Positions 12,660 to 23,023 of a stretch of 64,000 bases of DNA are shown here, piece by piece. The DNA is from Mobula hypostoma (taxonomy: Eukaryota): contig NC_086097.1 of the NCBI RefSeq assembly GCF_963921235.1, forward strand, positions 62,436,001 through 62,500,000. The letters are read 5' to 3'. The notes under the pieces were generated by a model. It ran no database searches, was not told where the DNA came from, and saw only the letters and a program-made list of their open reading frames with translations. A program made the translations under genes and the position numbers. Position 1 is the first letter of the stretch. Each line of letters opens with the position of its first letter.

Positions 12660-14710
12660 GATGACGAAACTTATCAACAGCTGCCTGAGGAGTGATTTAG
12701 ATCCATTCCAATTTGTCTACCATCACAGCAGGTGCCATTTTATTGGTTCTTCACTCAACCCTGGAACAACTGGACAATGAAGATGCTTACATCCGGATGC
12801 TATTCATTGACTACAGCTCAGCACCCAATACTATCATCTCCTCAAAACTGATCAATAAGTTTCAAGACCTTGGCCTCAATGCCACCTTGTGCAACTGGAT
12901 CCTCAATTTCCTCACTTGCAGACCCCAGTCTGTTCAGATTGATAACAACACCTTCTCTATAATTGTGATTGTGTAGCCAAGTTTCCATCAAACTCAATAT
13001 ATAAGTTTGCTGATGACACAACAATTGTAGGCCGTATCTCGCGTAATGATGAGTTTGAGTACAGAGAGGAAATTAAGAACCTGGTGGCATAGTGTGAAGA
13101 CAATAACCTATCCCTCAACGTCAGCAAGACGAAGGAATTGTTTGTTGACTTCAGAAGGAGTAGCGGACCGCACGACCCAATTTACATCGGTGGTGCGCAA
13201 GTGGAACAGGTCCAAAGCTTTAAGTTCCTCGGTGTCAATATCACAAATGACCTGACTAGGGCCAACCAAGCAGAGTCCACTGCCAAGAAGGCCTACCAGC
13301 GCCTTTACTTCCTGAGAAAGCTAAAGAAATTTGGCCTGTCCCCTAAAACTCTCACTAATTTTTATAGATGCACCATAGAAAGCATTCTTCTAGGGTGCAT
13401 CACAACCTGGTATGGAAGTTATCCTGTCCAAGACCGAAAGAAGCTGCAGAAGATCGTGAATACGGTGCAGCACATCACACAAAGCAATCTTCCATCCGTG
13501 GACTCACTTTACACCACACGCTGTCGGAGCAGTGCTGCCAGGATAATCAAGGACACGACCCACCCAGCCAACACACTTTTTGTCCCTCTTCCCTCTGGGA
13601 GAAGGTTCAGGAGCTTGAAGACTCGTACGGCCAGATTTGGGAACAGCTTCTTTCCAACTGTGATAAGACTGCTGAACAGATCCTGACCCGGATCTGGGCC
13701 GTACCATCCAAATATCCGGACCTGCCTCTCGGCTTTTTTGCACTACCCTACTTCCCATTTTTCTATTTTCTATTTATGAATTATAATTTAAATTTTTAAT
13801 ATTTACTATTTTAAACTATTTTAATATTTAATATTTGTAATCCAGGGAGTGTGAAGCGCAGAATCGAATATCGCTGTGATGATTGTACGTTCTAGTACCA
13901 ATTGTTTGGCGACAATAAAGTGTAAAGTATAATCACCTACAGCACAGGTACATCATAAGGCTATGTGCTTATCCTCCTGATCTATTCACTTTAACTTATG
14001 ACTGTTAGGCTAAGTACGGCTCCAATGCCATATTTAAGTTTACAGATGGCATCATTGTAGTTGCCCATATCAAAAGTTGTGACAAATCAGCATATAGGAG
14101 GGAGATTGAAATTCTGGCCGAACGAATGCCACAACAATCCCTGACTCAACGTTGGTAAGGCCAGGGTGTTGAATTTTGACTACGGGAGGAGGAAACCAGA
14201 GGTCTATAAGCCAGTCCTCATCAGGCAATTCGAGGTGGAGAGGGACAGCAACTTTAAGTTCCTTGCTGTTGTCATTTCAGAGGATTTGTCCTGGGTCCTG
14301 CACGTAAGTGCCATTACAATAAAGGCACGGCAATGCATCTTCTTTCTTAGAAGTTTGTGAAAATTCAGCATGTCATCTAAAACTTTGACAAACTATAGAT
14401 GTGTAATGAAGATTATACTGACTGGTTGCATCACAGTCTAGTATGGAACACTAGTACCCTTGAATCTAAAAACCTCCAAAAAGTAGTAAATACAGCCTAT
14501 TCCATCACATGTGAAGCCCTTCCCACTGTCACAGGAAAGCAGCATCCATCTCATCAAGGATCTCCATCATCCAGGTCATACTCTTTTTTTACTGCTGTCA
14601 TCAGGAAGGAGATACAGGAGTCTTAGGTCCCACACCACCAACTTCAGAAACAGTTATTACCCTTCAACCATCTGACTCTTGAACCAGAATGGATAACTTC
14701 ACTCACTGAA
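12660..14710 (+). mobile_element. Older Rex/Babar LINE fragment interrupted by a younger copy at 12964-13927
   Basis: [14 protein letters not shown] before the insert. RT sequence resumes at 13934 and includes FKFLAVVISEDLSW. Confidence 0.85.
12964..13927 (+). mobile_element. Younger 5'-truncated Rex/Babar LINE
   Basis: KFADDT and ORF 13138-13686 (FKFLGVNITNDL...RLYFLRKLKKF). aataaag tail. TSD tataat at 12958-12963 and 13928-13933. Confidence 0.9.
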
Positions 14711-14714
14711 GCAA

Positions 14715-15045
14715 ATCCACATCTTCTCCTCACCTGCCTATCACCTCTTCCTGGTACCCCTCCTCCTTCTCTTTCTCGCTGGTCTATAAACCTCTTCTAT
14801 CAGATTCTTTCCTCTGTCCTTTGCCTTTTCTATCTCCCAGCTTCTTACTTGTCACCTGTCCCCCATAAACCTGGCTTTACCTATCACCTCCCAGCTTGTC
14901 ATCCTTCCCCTCCCCACACTTTATTATTCTGACATCTCCTTTCCTTTCCAATCCTGATGAAAGATCTCAGCCCTAAACATCAACTGTTCATTAATTTCCA
15001 TTGATGCTGCATGACCAGCTGAGTTCCTCCAACATTTTGTTTGTG
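14715..15045 (+). mobile_element. Penelope-like 3' terminal fragment with degenerate hammerhead
   Basis: Pyrimidine-rich tract, cctgatgaaagatctcagccctaaacatc (GAAA mutated), then the family tail. Confidence 0.75.
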
Positions 15046-15217
15046 GTACTTTGAAAATATGTTTTACAGTCCTTGAGAATTGTATCACAGTGAATTGAGG
15101 TGGATTTTGTTGCAGTGGAGATACAGAGCTCTCTACAGAATCAATATTTTTCCATAATTCAGCAGCTGAGGAAAGAAGACAGGAGTTTTGAATAAATCAT
15201 AATTTGAGGTTGGGTAT

Positions 15218-15405
15218 CAGTACGGTGGTACAGCATTTGCGAAGCACAGAGTAAATGCTGCAGATTCACATCTTCAAGGAGATGGAGTCAGAACTGCCTT
15301 CGGGTGCTGTCTATATACAATGTAGAGGCTCTCTCACAACTAGAAGAGTTCATGCTGGTGCTCTGACATTCTAAGGATATGCTAAAAGGTCAATTGGCTA
15401 CTGTT
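15218..15405 (+). mobile_element. Decayed tRNA-derived V-SINE (HE1-like)
   Basis: cagtacggtggtacagc head and ggtgctctgacattc...aattggctactg core. Related copy at ~15690-15805. Confidence 0.5.
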
Positions 15406-15822
15406 AGATCATAGAACCACAAAACATAGAGCGGAAAGTCCTCAGTCTCAGAACAGAAGGACGCCTGTTTAGGACAGAAATGAGGAGGCTGAGAGGTCTA
15501 ATGGACTAATTCTGCTTCTATGTCTAATGGCATGAAATAGTTTGATTAGCTGTGTAGAAACTATCAGCAACATACCATTCTATTAATTTCTTGCACTATA
15601 TATTCAATGACACTGATTCTACATATGACCTTAGAGGGAAGCAGAAAGGAGTTTTAATTAAATCATAATTTGAGGTTTATATTGTTGGTCAGTATGGTGG
15701 TACAGTAGTGACCAAGTACAGACTAAATGCTGCTGCCTCAGACCTTCAAGGACTGGGATTCAGTCCTGATTTTGGGTGTTGACTCTATGCAGTTTCTCCA
15801 TTTATTCACAAACAGATTAAAG

Positions 15823-15904
15823 CAGGGGATTCCAACCTTTTTTTCATGCCATGGAACAATATCATTAGGCAAATTGTCTGTGGACCCCAGATTGGGAACT
15901 CCTG
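15823..15904. mobile_element. 82-bp hAT (Charlie-type) MITE
   Basis: TIRs caggggattccaacct / agattgggaactcctg. 8-bp TSD gattaaag / gattagag. Confidence 0.85.
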
Positions 15905-16859
15905 GATTAGAGTGTTTTCTCTTGAAGTAAGAAACAGAGGAAACAACTCACAATTATGCAATGGTTTCTTCTACTCTAGAGAGTGAAGCAGTAAAATATC
16001 TTCCAGTTCACAAATCCAGGCATAGATGCTATTACTAACAGCTCAAGACAAGTCACTTGAGAATATTGATTGCTCACTCTCTGTTGGATCCATGTGGGAG
16101 TGATTACACTCAAATCTCAGTTGTCACAGGACCAACCATGAGCTGTGTCACACAGTGATGAACCTTTAACTAACTGGTGTGACAAACACCACCAGAGAAC
16201 GTTTAAAAGCATCCAGACGCATTAGTGTTGAGTACTGATGTTACGTTCACAGTCCCAACTTAAATTTATATATGGCATCCAATGCAGTGAAAGTGTTTTT
16301 AAAAAAATGAATTCAGAGACAAACAGATGGATGGAATTAGAAAAGGATTTCTAGAAAATGAGGCATAACCATCATTAGTGGGTCAAAGCTGGGACAGGTC
16401 TGAGCAAACGGGGACAGTCACTGATCAAAGGGCTAGAGTGGAAGATAGGAGTTTGAGGCCTATATTACATGGAATTAGGGGTTAGGAATGGGTAAAGGAC
16501 TCATTAACTATTAGAAGATGGAGGGTTGGAAAAAATGGGTGTTTCTCTGGTTGACACTCAGTGATGAGCAGAGTGCTGCAGGAGTTGGTGCTGGGCCTGC
16601 AATAAATATTAATGATTTGGAAGAGGGATGTTTCCTAATGATACTAAACGTGTACAGAAATTGCAGCATGCTGTTGTGTAGAGGATTTCTTATTCTTGTG
16701 GGCTAATGTCTTTCCTGACAAGGGGGATGACGGTGCCTGGTCAGTGAGACCTGTGGCTGTGAAAACAATCTCCTGTTCTGTGGTGGTTGTACGAGTTGAC
16801 TCAGAGATGGCTGGAGGTGCTTCTGAGAGCTCTGGACCCCTTTCTTCTTTTCTTTGTCT

Positions 16860-17484
16860 GGATAAATTTCAATCCTTTTCTTTCTCATGGTCCTTCTCTT
16901 TTTCACACCATTCTCTTTCTCATTCACATTCTTTCACTCCATCTCTTCCCTCCTTTTTCCTGTTAGTCTATGCATCTTAATCTTGGGAAGGTCCATTTAG
17001 TTCACTTTATTCTGTTATTAATCCTTCTATTGCTCCCTTTATGATCTGATCTCTCCTCTTGGTTTCCTCATCCACAACATCTGATGAATCCTCTATTTTC
17101 TCCATTGACTCCTCTTTTTTGGCTATCCATTCATCCAGCTGAACTTTGGTCTTTGCATATATGTTCACAAGCAGTTTTTTGTCTCCTACTCAAAGTTTAG
17201 GCAATAATGTTAATGCACGCAGAGTAGTTTCTGGTTCTTTATATTCACAAAAGGTGACGCTTGCAACTTTCCTGAAGCTCCTTGAACTTTCGCCCAGCTT
17301 ATATCCAAGCCACATTTCGCAAGTAACTACCTGATTAACAGATCAGAAGATTTCTCTGATGTGTTGCTTATGAAAACTGTTGTAGTCAGACCACTGTATT
17401 CAACATTTTCACACTTCCTCTGAGGAGCACGTTCCTTCCTTGGTCCAATATGCTTTCGAACCAGAGCACAGAGGTTGGCACCAA
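16860..17484 (-). pseudogene. RBM25: Processed (intronless) RBM25 pseudogene fragment: RRM domain plus part of the ER-rich region
   Basis: Across frameshifts and stops it reads LVPT..KHIGPRK..GLTTTVFISNTSEKSSDLLIR*LLAKCGLDISWAKVQGASGKLQA..FCEYKEPETTLRALTLL..VGDKKLLVNIYAKTKVQLDEW..DEETKRRDQIIKGAIEGLI..SELNGPSQ. This matches the RBM25 sequence as I recall it (GPTTTVFVGNISEKASDMLIRQLLAKCG..GASGKLQAFGFCEYKEPESTLRAL..DEETKRRDQMIKGAIE). Confidence 0.9.
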
Positions 17485-18967
17485 TGCTTTTTTGTCCTCT
17501 GTTGGGCAATGGTTCATGCTGTTCAGCACAAAGTCAATTGTGGTATTATTCAGTACATTTCTTAATTCACTTTCAGTTGGCTTCAATGTAGGGGATGTGG
17601 CATACAAATTGTGGATGGATCCCCAATCAAGTTGTTATTGTCTCACCTACTCACACTCCCATAATGCTGAGCCCCCTGCTTTTACCACATACAAGCTCAA
17701 TGTGACTTGTTGTTTGTTGTATTTCACTGTTATGGATGCCATTCCCACAGGCGTTATTATTTCTCCAGTACAAATTCTTAGTTAGATATCTGTAGGCTTC
17801 AGTTTAGTACCTTTGAAATGTCTTTCAAACTCATTTTGTTGAATAACTGTAACAGGCGATACAGTGTTCAATTCCATTTTAATTAATTTGCCGTTCACTT
17901 CTCGTGAAAGCCATATTGCTTGCGTATTGTTAATTTTCATACTATAAATCTCAGTCCTGTGTTATTCTCATTATGATCAGATTTTTCATTACAGCATGCA
18001 GATTAGTGCTCTTTTTGAAACTGTAACTTGATATTTTATCTTTTTTTCTTCTCTGTGCAGTTCATTTATTTTTGTCCGCCTGACACGCACTTTGTATGTG
18101 TCCTATTTTGCTGCATTTTCTCCAAGTTTTGTCTTTAAATCTGCTTTTGGATGGTGCATGTGAGCCCCTGCCACAATGGTAACACAATTTGTGCTACCTT
18201 TAACTGGCCAAGCCGGTTTCTGTTTAAACTTTGCAATTTTGTTCACACTCACTTTCTTTCCTGACAGCAACTCAATTGTGTCTCTGTCTGCTGTTTTCAT
18301 TGATACAGCACTTTCGACTGCTCTTTTAAATGTACATTGTGCTCAGTTACGAGTCATTTTCGAATGCTTTCTTTTAAGATTCCACAGACTAAGCAATCTC
18401 TTCGTGTTTCATTAAGCCCATTACTGAACTGACAATGCTCTCTTCAATTCATCTATGTATGCTGAAATTGATTCCCCCTCATTTTGATTCTGCCTAAGAA
18501 ACCTACAGTATTCAACAATGGCTTCAGTTCTAAATGTTCCTGCATCACTTTCATTATCAGGAAAGCTCATTACTGGAGGCTAAGTTGGAGCAGGCAAATT
18601 TTGAAGCAAACTGTATGCTTTTAAACCCAACGACACTCTCTTCTCAATGGCTATTTCATTTGCTTCAAAATACTGTTTTTTTCAGTATATTGTTTATAGC
18701 TCAGTATACATGAGTCAATTACCCACTGAGTAATCAAACACTTCAGTCTTTCAGAAGTTGCCAGCCATTTCTGCTACTTTAAATAATTATTTTCACCTGA
18801 TACTCAATCTTTATAGACCCGTGACTTCTTCCATTTTCTGACTTTTTTATTAAAACTCAATCGTGCCTTCCCTTCCTCATCCTTCGCTGCACTTGCTTTT
18901 AGTTCGAAAATCTCACTGCACTTTAAAAGATCATCTCTGGTTCATTTTAAAAATACCTTATCACCAG

Positions 18968-19194
18968 TGTTATGTTTTGTAACTTCAAAACATTAAATTA
19001 ATTCAAATGAAGGCATAGGAGTCCAAAAGTATATCTAACTGTGGATTTGCTTTCAACGTGGTAACATGATGATGTATGCAAGTAACATTTTTACATATAA
19101 CCCGTAATTACTTATTTTAACAAGCAAGAATACTTAATCAACGAATATATGAATGCGATTACTCAAATATTATTGAAATATCAAACACATAACA
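18968..19194 (-). repeat. 5' LTR of the RBM25-carrying Gypsy element
   Basis: TG...CA ends with an 8-bp terminal inverted repeat, adjacent to the PBS at ~18955-18966. Confidence 0.75.
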
Positions 19195-19400
19195 GTAGTG
19201 AATCTGCAGACTTCTTTTGCCAAGGAAGCAGTCAATACTAACTCATTAATTATATTTAAGATGCAGTTAGATAGTGTTTTCCATCACAGGGAATTACGGG
19301 TTCTGGAGAAATGGCAGGTGGGTAGAGTTGAGTCCACCCAACTGCCAGAATCTTATTGAGTAGCAGAGCAGGTCTATTTCTGCTCCTGTTTCCTATGTTT
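19195..19400 (+). mobile_element. CR1 3' end fragment
   Basis: gtagtgaatctg...atatttaagatgcagttagatag...ctcctgtttcctatg. Confidence 0.7.
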
Positions 19401-19449
19401 TTATATTTTTAATGATGAATGCAGTACTCCAGCTGAGGTCTGACCAATG

Positions 19450-19645
19450 CACACATGAAATGCTGGAAGAACTCAGCAGGTTAGGTAGTATCAATGGAAG
19501 AGTGAAAAACAGACAAGGTTTTTGGCTAAGACACTTCATCAGGACTGGGAAGAGCCGGAATAAGAAGGTGGGAGGAGTGGAAAGAACAGGACCAGATGAA
19601 TGGGAAGGTGGATTCATGGGTGAGGGACAATGAAGTGAGAAGCTG
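19450..19645 (-). mobile_element. Penelope-like 3' terminal fragment
   Basis: Reverse-strand family tail and a degenerate hammerhead (cagtcctgatgaagtgtcttagccaaaa). Confidence 0.7.
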
Positions 19646-19779
19646 AATTTGGGCATTACCTCTTTGCTCTTGCTCTGAATGTTCTAATAAATGAAAACCA
19701 GCATCACATACTGTATGCATTTTAACCATGCTACATTGCCGCCTTCAAGACTCTTTGAACTTGTTTGACACAGACCCTC

Positions 19780-20420
19780 TGTTCAATAGAACTCCTTAGG
19801 ACCCAACCAATTCATGATGCTTTTACCAACCTCATTAATAGTCTTATACATATTAGACATAGTCTGATAAAGCATCATCTCATAGTTATCAAGATTAAAC
19901 TCCATCTGCCATTTCTCAGGCCCTGCACCACCACATCAAAATCACCATGTACCTTAATTCTACCCTCCACACTATCAGCAACTCCATAATCTTCATGATA
20001 CCTACAAACTTACTGATCTTGTCTCGCATATCCACATCCAAAAACAACCATGTACAGTATATTAGAAACAGCATACATCCTTGTGGGACACCACTAGCCA
20101 AAGGTATCCAATCACAAACCTAAACCTCTATCATTACCCTCTGTCTCCTATTGCTTAGGCAGCTTTGGGTCCAATTTTCCAAGTTGGCTTGGATTACATA
20201 TGCCCCAAGCTTCTGAAGCCACCTCCTATGCGGGTCAATATTAAAAGCCTTACTAAAGTCCACGTAAATCACATCTACTACCCTGCCCTCATCAATATAC
20301 TTTGTTAGCTCTTCAATCAGATTGGTCAGATAAGATCTGCCCTTAACAACAACACACTGGTAGATCCCTGCTTTTCCAAGTGACAATTAATTCTCTCCCT
20401 GATGTGTTTTTTCCCCCCAG
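19780..20420 (-). mobile_element. Old CR1 RT fragment
   Basis: KGRSYLTNLIE..VDVIYVDFSKAF and SGVPQG. Confidence 0.85.
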
Positions 20421-21029
20421 ATAATTTCCCTTATATGGGTGAGTGCAAGGGAAAGTAGTTCTGAGCAACTGAGTGAAAATAGGCTACAGGACAAATATGT
20501 GGAGGAATGGAATTCATGGTATTGCTCTGAGAATTGGCTGAAAGGTCTCCTTCTATTTCAGAGGAAAATATAAAAATATCAAGAATGAGAAATATTTCAG
20601 CAGCTAAATTAGGACTTGAACTCGTGCCTCATGCTCTCAGCATTAACTATAGTGTGTGGTGTAATTTAACAACTGTGGCTTGGTAGCACACATTTGAGCA
20701 AAACCAGGATGTCGTAGAGGGTGATAATTAGAAAACCTGCTCGGAGGGCATTGCAATACCTTAGTGTGAAATGATGAAGGAGTTTAGTGGAAGGCAAACT
20801 TGTAGGAGGGACATGGACCAGATGTTTTATTTTGTAAGAAGGAAGTTATCTTTGTAATAGAAAGGCTAAATACTGGAATCATAAATTAAAGTTAAATATG
20901 CAACCAGAATTGCCAACAATCAGCCAAAGGGCAGGTAGCATTATGTATTCAGTATGAATGTTCAGCAGTTTAGTCTGCCCTAGGTCTTTACAAATAGCTT
21001 CCCCAGCAAAACATCTCCTTGAAAGGAAG

Positions 21030-21178
21030 AACAACAGGACAAACAATAGGAATTCTGTAGATGCTGGAAATTCAAGCAACTCTCATCAAAGTTGCTGGTG
21101 AACACAGCAGGTCAGGCAGCATCTCTTGCTAGAGATGCTGCCTGGCCTGCTGCGTTCACCAGCAACTTTGATGTGTGT
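21030..21178. mobile_element. Short palindromic Penelope-tail insertion
   Basis: 43-bp arms at 21084-21126 and 21131-21173 (2 mismatches). Perfect 14-bp TSD tccttgaaaggaag at 21016-21029 and 21179-21192. Confidence 0.85.
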
Positions 21179-21294
21179 TCCTTGAAAGGAAGGGCGATTT
21201 GAATGTCTGGAACTCTGGCTGTGTATAAAAACGTAGGCTACTGAGTCACACAAGGACTCTACAAAGGTCTTGGGAGTGGCGGTTTGGATTTCCA

Positions 21295-21564
21295 TTCAAG
21301 GATAAAGATTGTTTCATGTCATTTCCAGCACAAAATATAAAGAAGAACAAAATAATTGTTACTCTGGATCTGATGCAACACAATAGAATAAAGAACATAA
21401 TAATAAAAAATACAGATACATAATATAGTTTATATACATAGGTTGATTGTATACACATAAAATGAGGCTAGGCACAGGATTCCCTATACGTAAGTTAACT
21501 TTGACAGAAATGATAAAGTAGAGGCGGGGGGTGGTTGGGGGCATTGATCAGTCCTACTGCTTGG
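21295..21564 (-). mobile_element. Rex/Babar-type 3' end
   Basis: Reverse-strand ccaagcagtaggactgatcaa ORF end, 3'UTR and a short-repeat tail. Confidence 0.65.
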
Positions 21565-21709
21565 TTAAAGGGGTTAACATATGAGGCACATTTGGCAACT
21601 TTAGGTCTGTAAACACAAAATAATCTGCAGATGCTGTAAAAGATCAAAGCAACACTTCCAGTACGCTGGATGAACTCAACAGGTTGGGCAGCATCAGTCA
21701 GAAACCATG

Positions 21710-21745
21710 AGTCGACGTTTCAGGCCGGAACCCTTCGTCAGGACT
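21710..21745 (-). ncRNA. Minimal type I hammerhead ribozyme with intact core (Penelope-associated)
   Basis: Minus RNA AGUC-CUGACGA-AGGGUUCCGGCCU-GAAA-CG-UC-GACU: stem I AGUC/GACU, CUGANGA and GAAA boxes, GUC triplet, palindromic ACGU in place of stem III. Confidence 0.75.
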
Positions 21746-22987
21746 GAAGAATGAAAGATGGGGAAGGATTTGAAGAATGCTTGTAGCGTCAGTTGATAGA
21801 TCAGTAATTTGAAAGACAAAGGGGTGGGGGAGAGGAAGCATTGACGTCATAACCCTGAAAACAATGGGTGGTAGAAGAAGGAGGCGGAACGATGAGGTAG
21901 CTGGGGGAGGGGGCAGAGTGAAATTAGGATAGAAGAAGGTGGGTGGGAGGGAATTACCGGAAGTTGGAGAATTCTATTTTCATACCAAGGGGCTGGAGAC
22001 TACCTAGACAGTATATGAGGTGTTGCTCCTCCAACCTGAGTTTAGCCTCATCATGGCAGTAGAGGAGGCCATGTATGGACAAATCTGAATGGGAATGTGA
22101 AGCAGAGTTGAAGTGGGTGTCCACCGGGAGATCCTGTCTGTTGTGGTGGACAGAGCGGAGGTGCTTGACGAAGCGGTCCCCCAATCTGCGTCGGGTTTCA
22201 CTGATGTAGAGGAGGCTGCACCGGGAGCACCGGATACAATAGATGACCCCAACAGACTCACAAGTGAAGTATTGTCTCACCTGGAAGGACTGTTTGGGGC
22301 CCTGAATGGTTGCAAGAGATGAGGTGTAGGGACAGGTGTGGCACTTACGCTTACAGGGATAAGTGCCGGGTGGGAGATCAGTGGGGATGGACATGTGGAT
22401 AAGGGAGTCACGGAGGGACCGATCTCTGCGGAAAGCGGAGAGGGGTGGAGAACGAAAGATGTGCTTAGTGGTGGGGTGAATCTGTTGGGGTCATCTATTG
22501 CATCCGGTGCTCCCGGTGCGGCCTCCTCTACATCGGTGAAACCCGATGCAGATTGGGAGACCGCTTTGTCGAGCACCTCCGCCCCTTCCGCCAAAACAGA
22601 CAGGATCTCCCAGTAGCCACCCACTTCAACTCTGCTTCCCATTCCCATTCAGATATGTCCATACATGGTCTCCTTTACTGCCATGATGAGGCTAAACTCA
22701 GGTTGGAGGAGCAACACCTCATATACTGTCCAGGTAGTCTCCAGCCCCTTGGTATGAACATAGAATTCTCCAACTTCCGGTAATTCTCTCCCCCCCCCCC
22801 CCATCCCTATTTCACTCTGCCCCCTCCTCCAGCTCCCTCATGGTTCCACCTCCTTCTTCTACCACCCATTGTCTTCAGCGCTATGATGTCAATGCTTCCC
22901 CTCCCCCACCGCTTTGTCTTTCAAATTACTGGTCTATCAACTGACGCTATAAGCATTCTTCAAATCCTTCCCCATCTTTCATTCTTC

Positions 22988-23023
22988 AGTCCTGACGAAG
23001 GGTTCCGGCCCGAAACGTGGACT
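22988..23023 (+). ncRNA. Minimal hammerhead ribozyme copy with cleavage triplet mutated to GUG
   Basis: AGUC-CUGACGA-AGGGUUCCGGCCC-GAAA-CG-UG-GACU. Confidence 0.65.

Larger units (their letters stand above)
16678..19194 (-). mobile_element. Decayed Gypsy LTR retrotransposon (5' LTR, PBS, gag, protease, pol C-terminal tail) with RT-RH-IN replaced by host cDNA; no 3' LTR seen
   Basis: LTR 18968-19194 with tgttatgt/acataaca termini. PBS tggtgataagg looks like a CpG-decayed tggcgacgagg (tRNA-Ser type). gag starts ATG 18768 and includes QNQNEGESISAYI. Protease NGKLIKMELNT, then QLDWGSIH. pol tail CQERH*PTRIRNP at ~16680-16720. Confidence 0.85.

Noticed and set aside
16860..17484. RBM25-like sequence as a real exon of a functional host gene
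   Set aside because: It has multiple stops and frameshifts, no splice structure, and is embedded between Gypsy segments.
21084..21173. Hairpin as a bona fide miRNA gene
   Set aside because: Fully explained by inverted PLE tails; no expression evidence is available.
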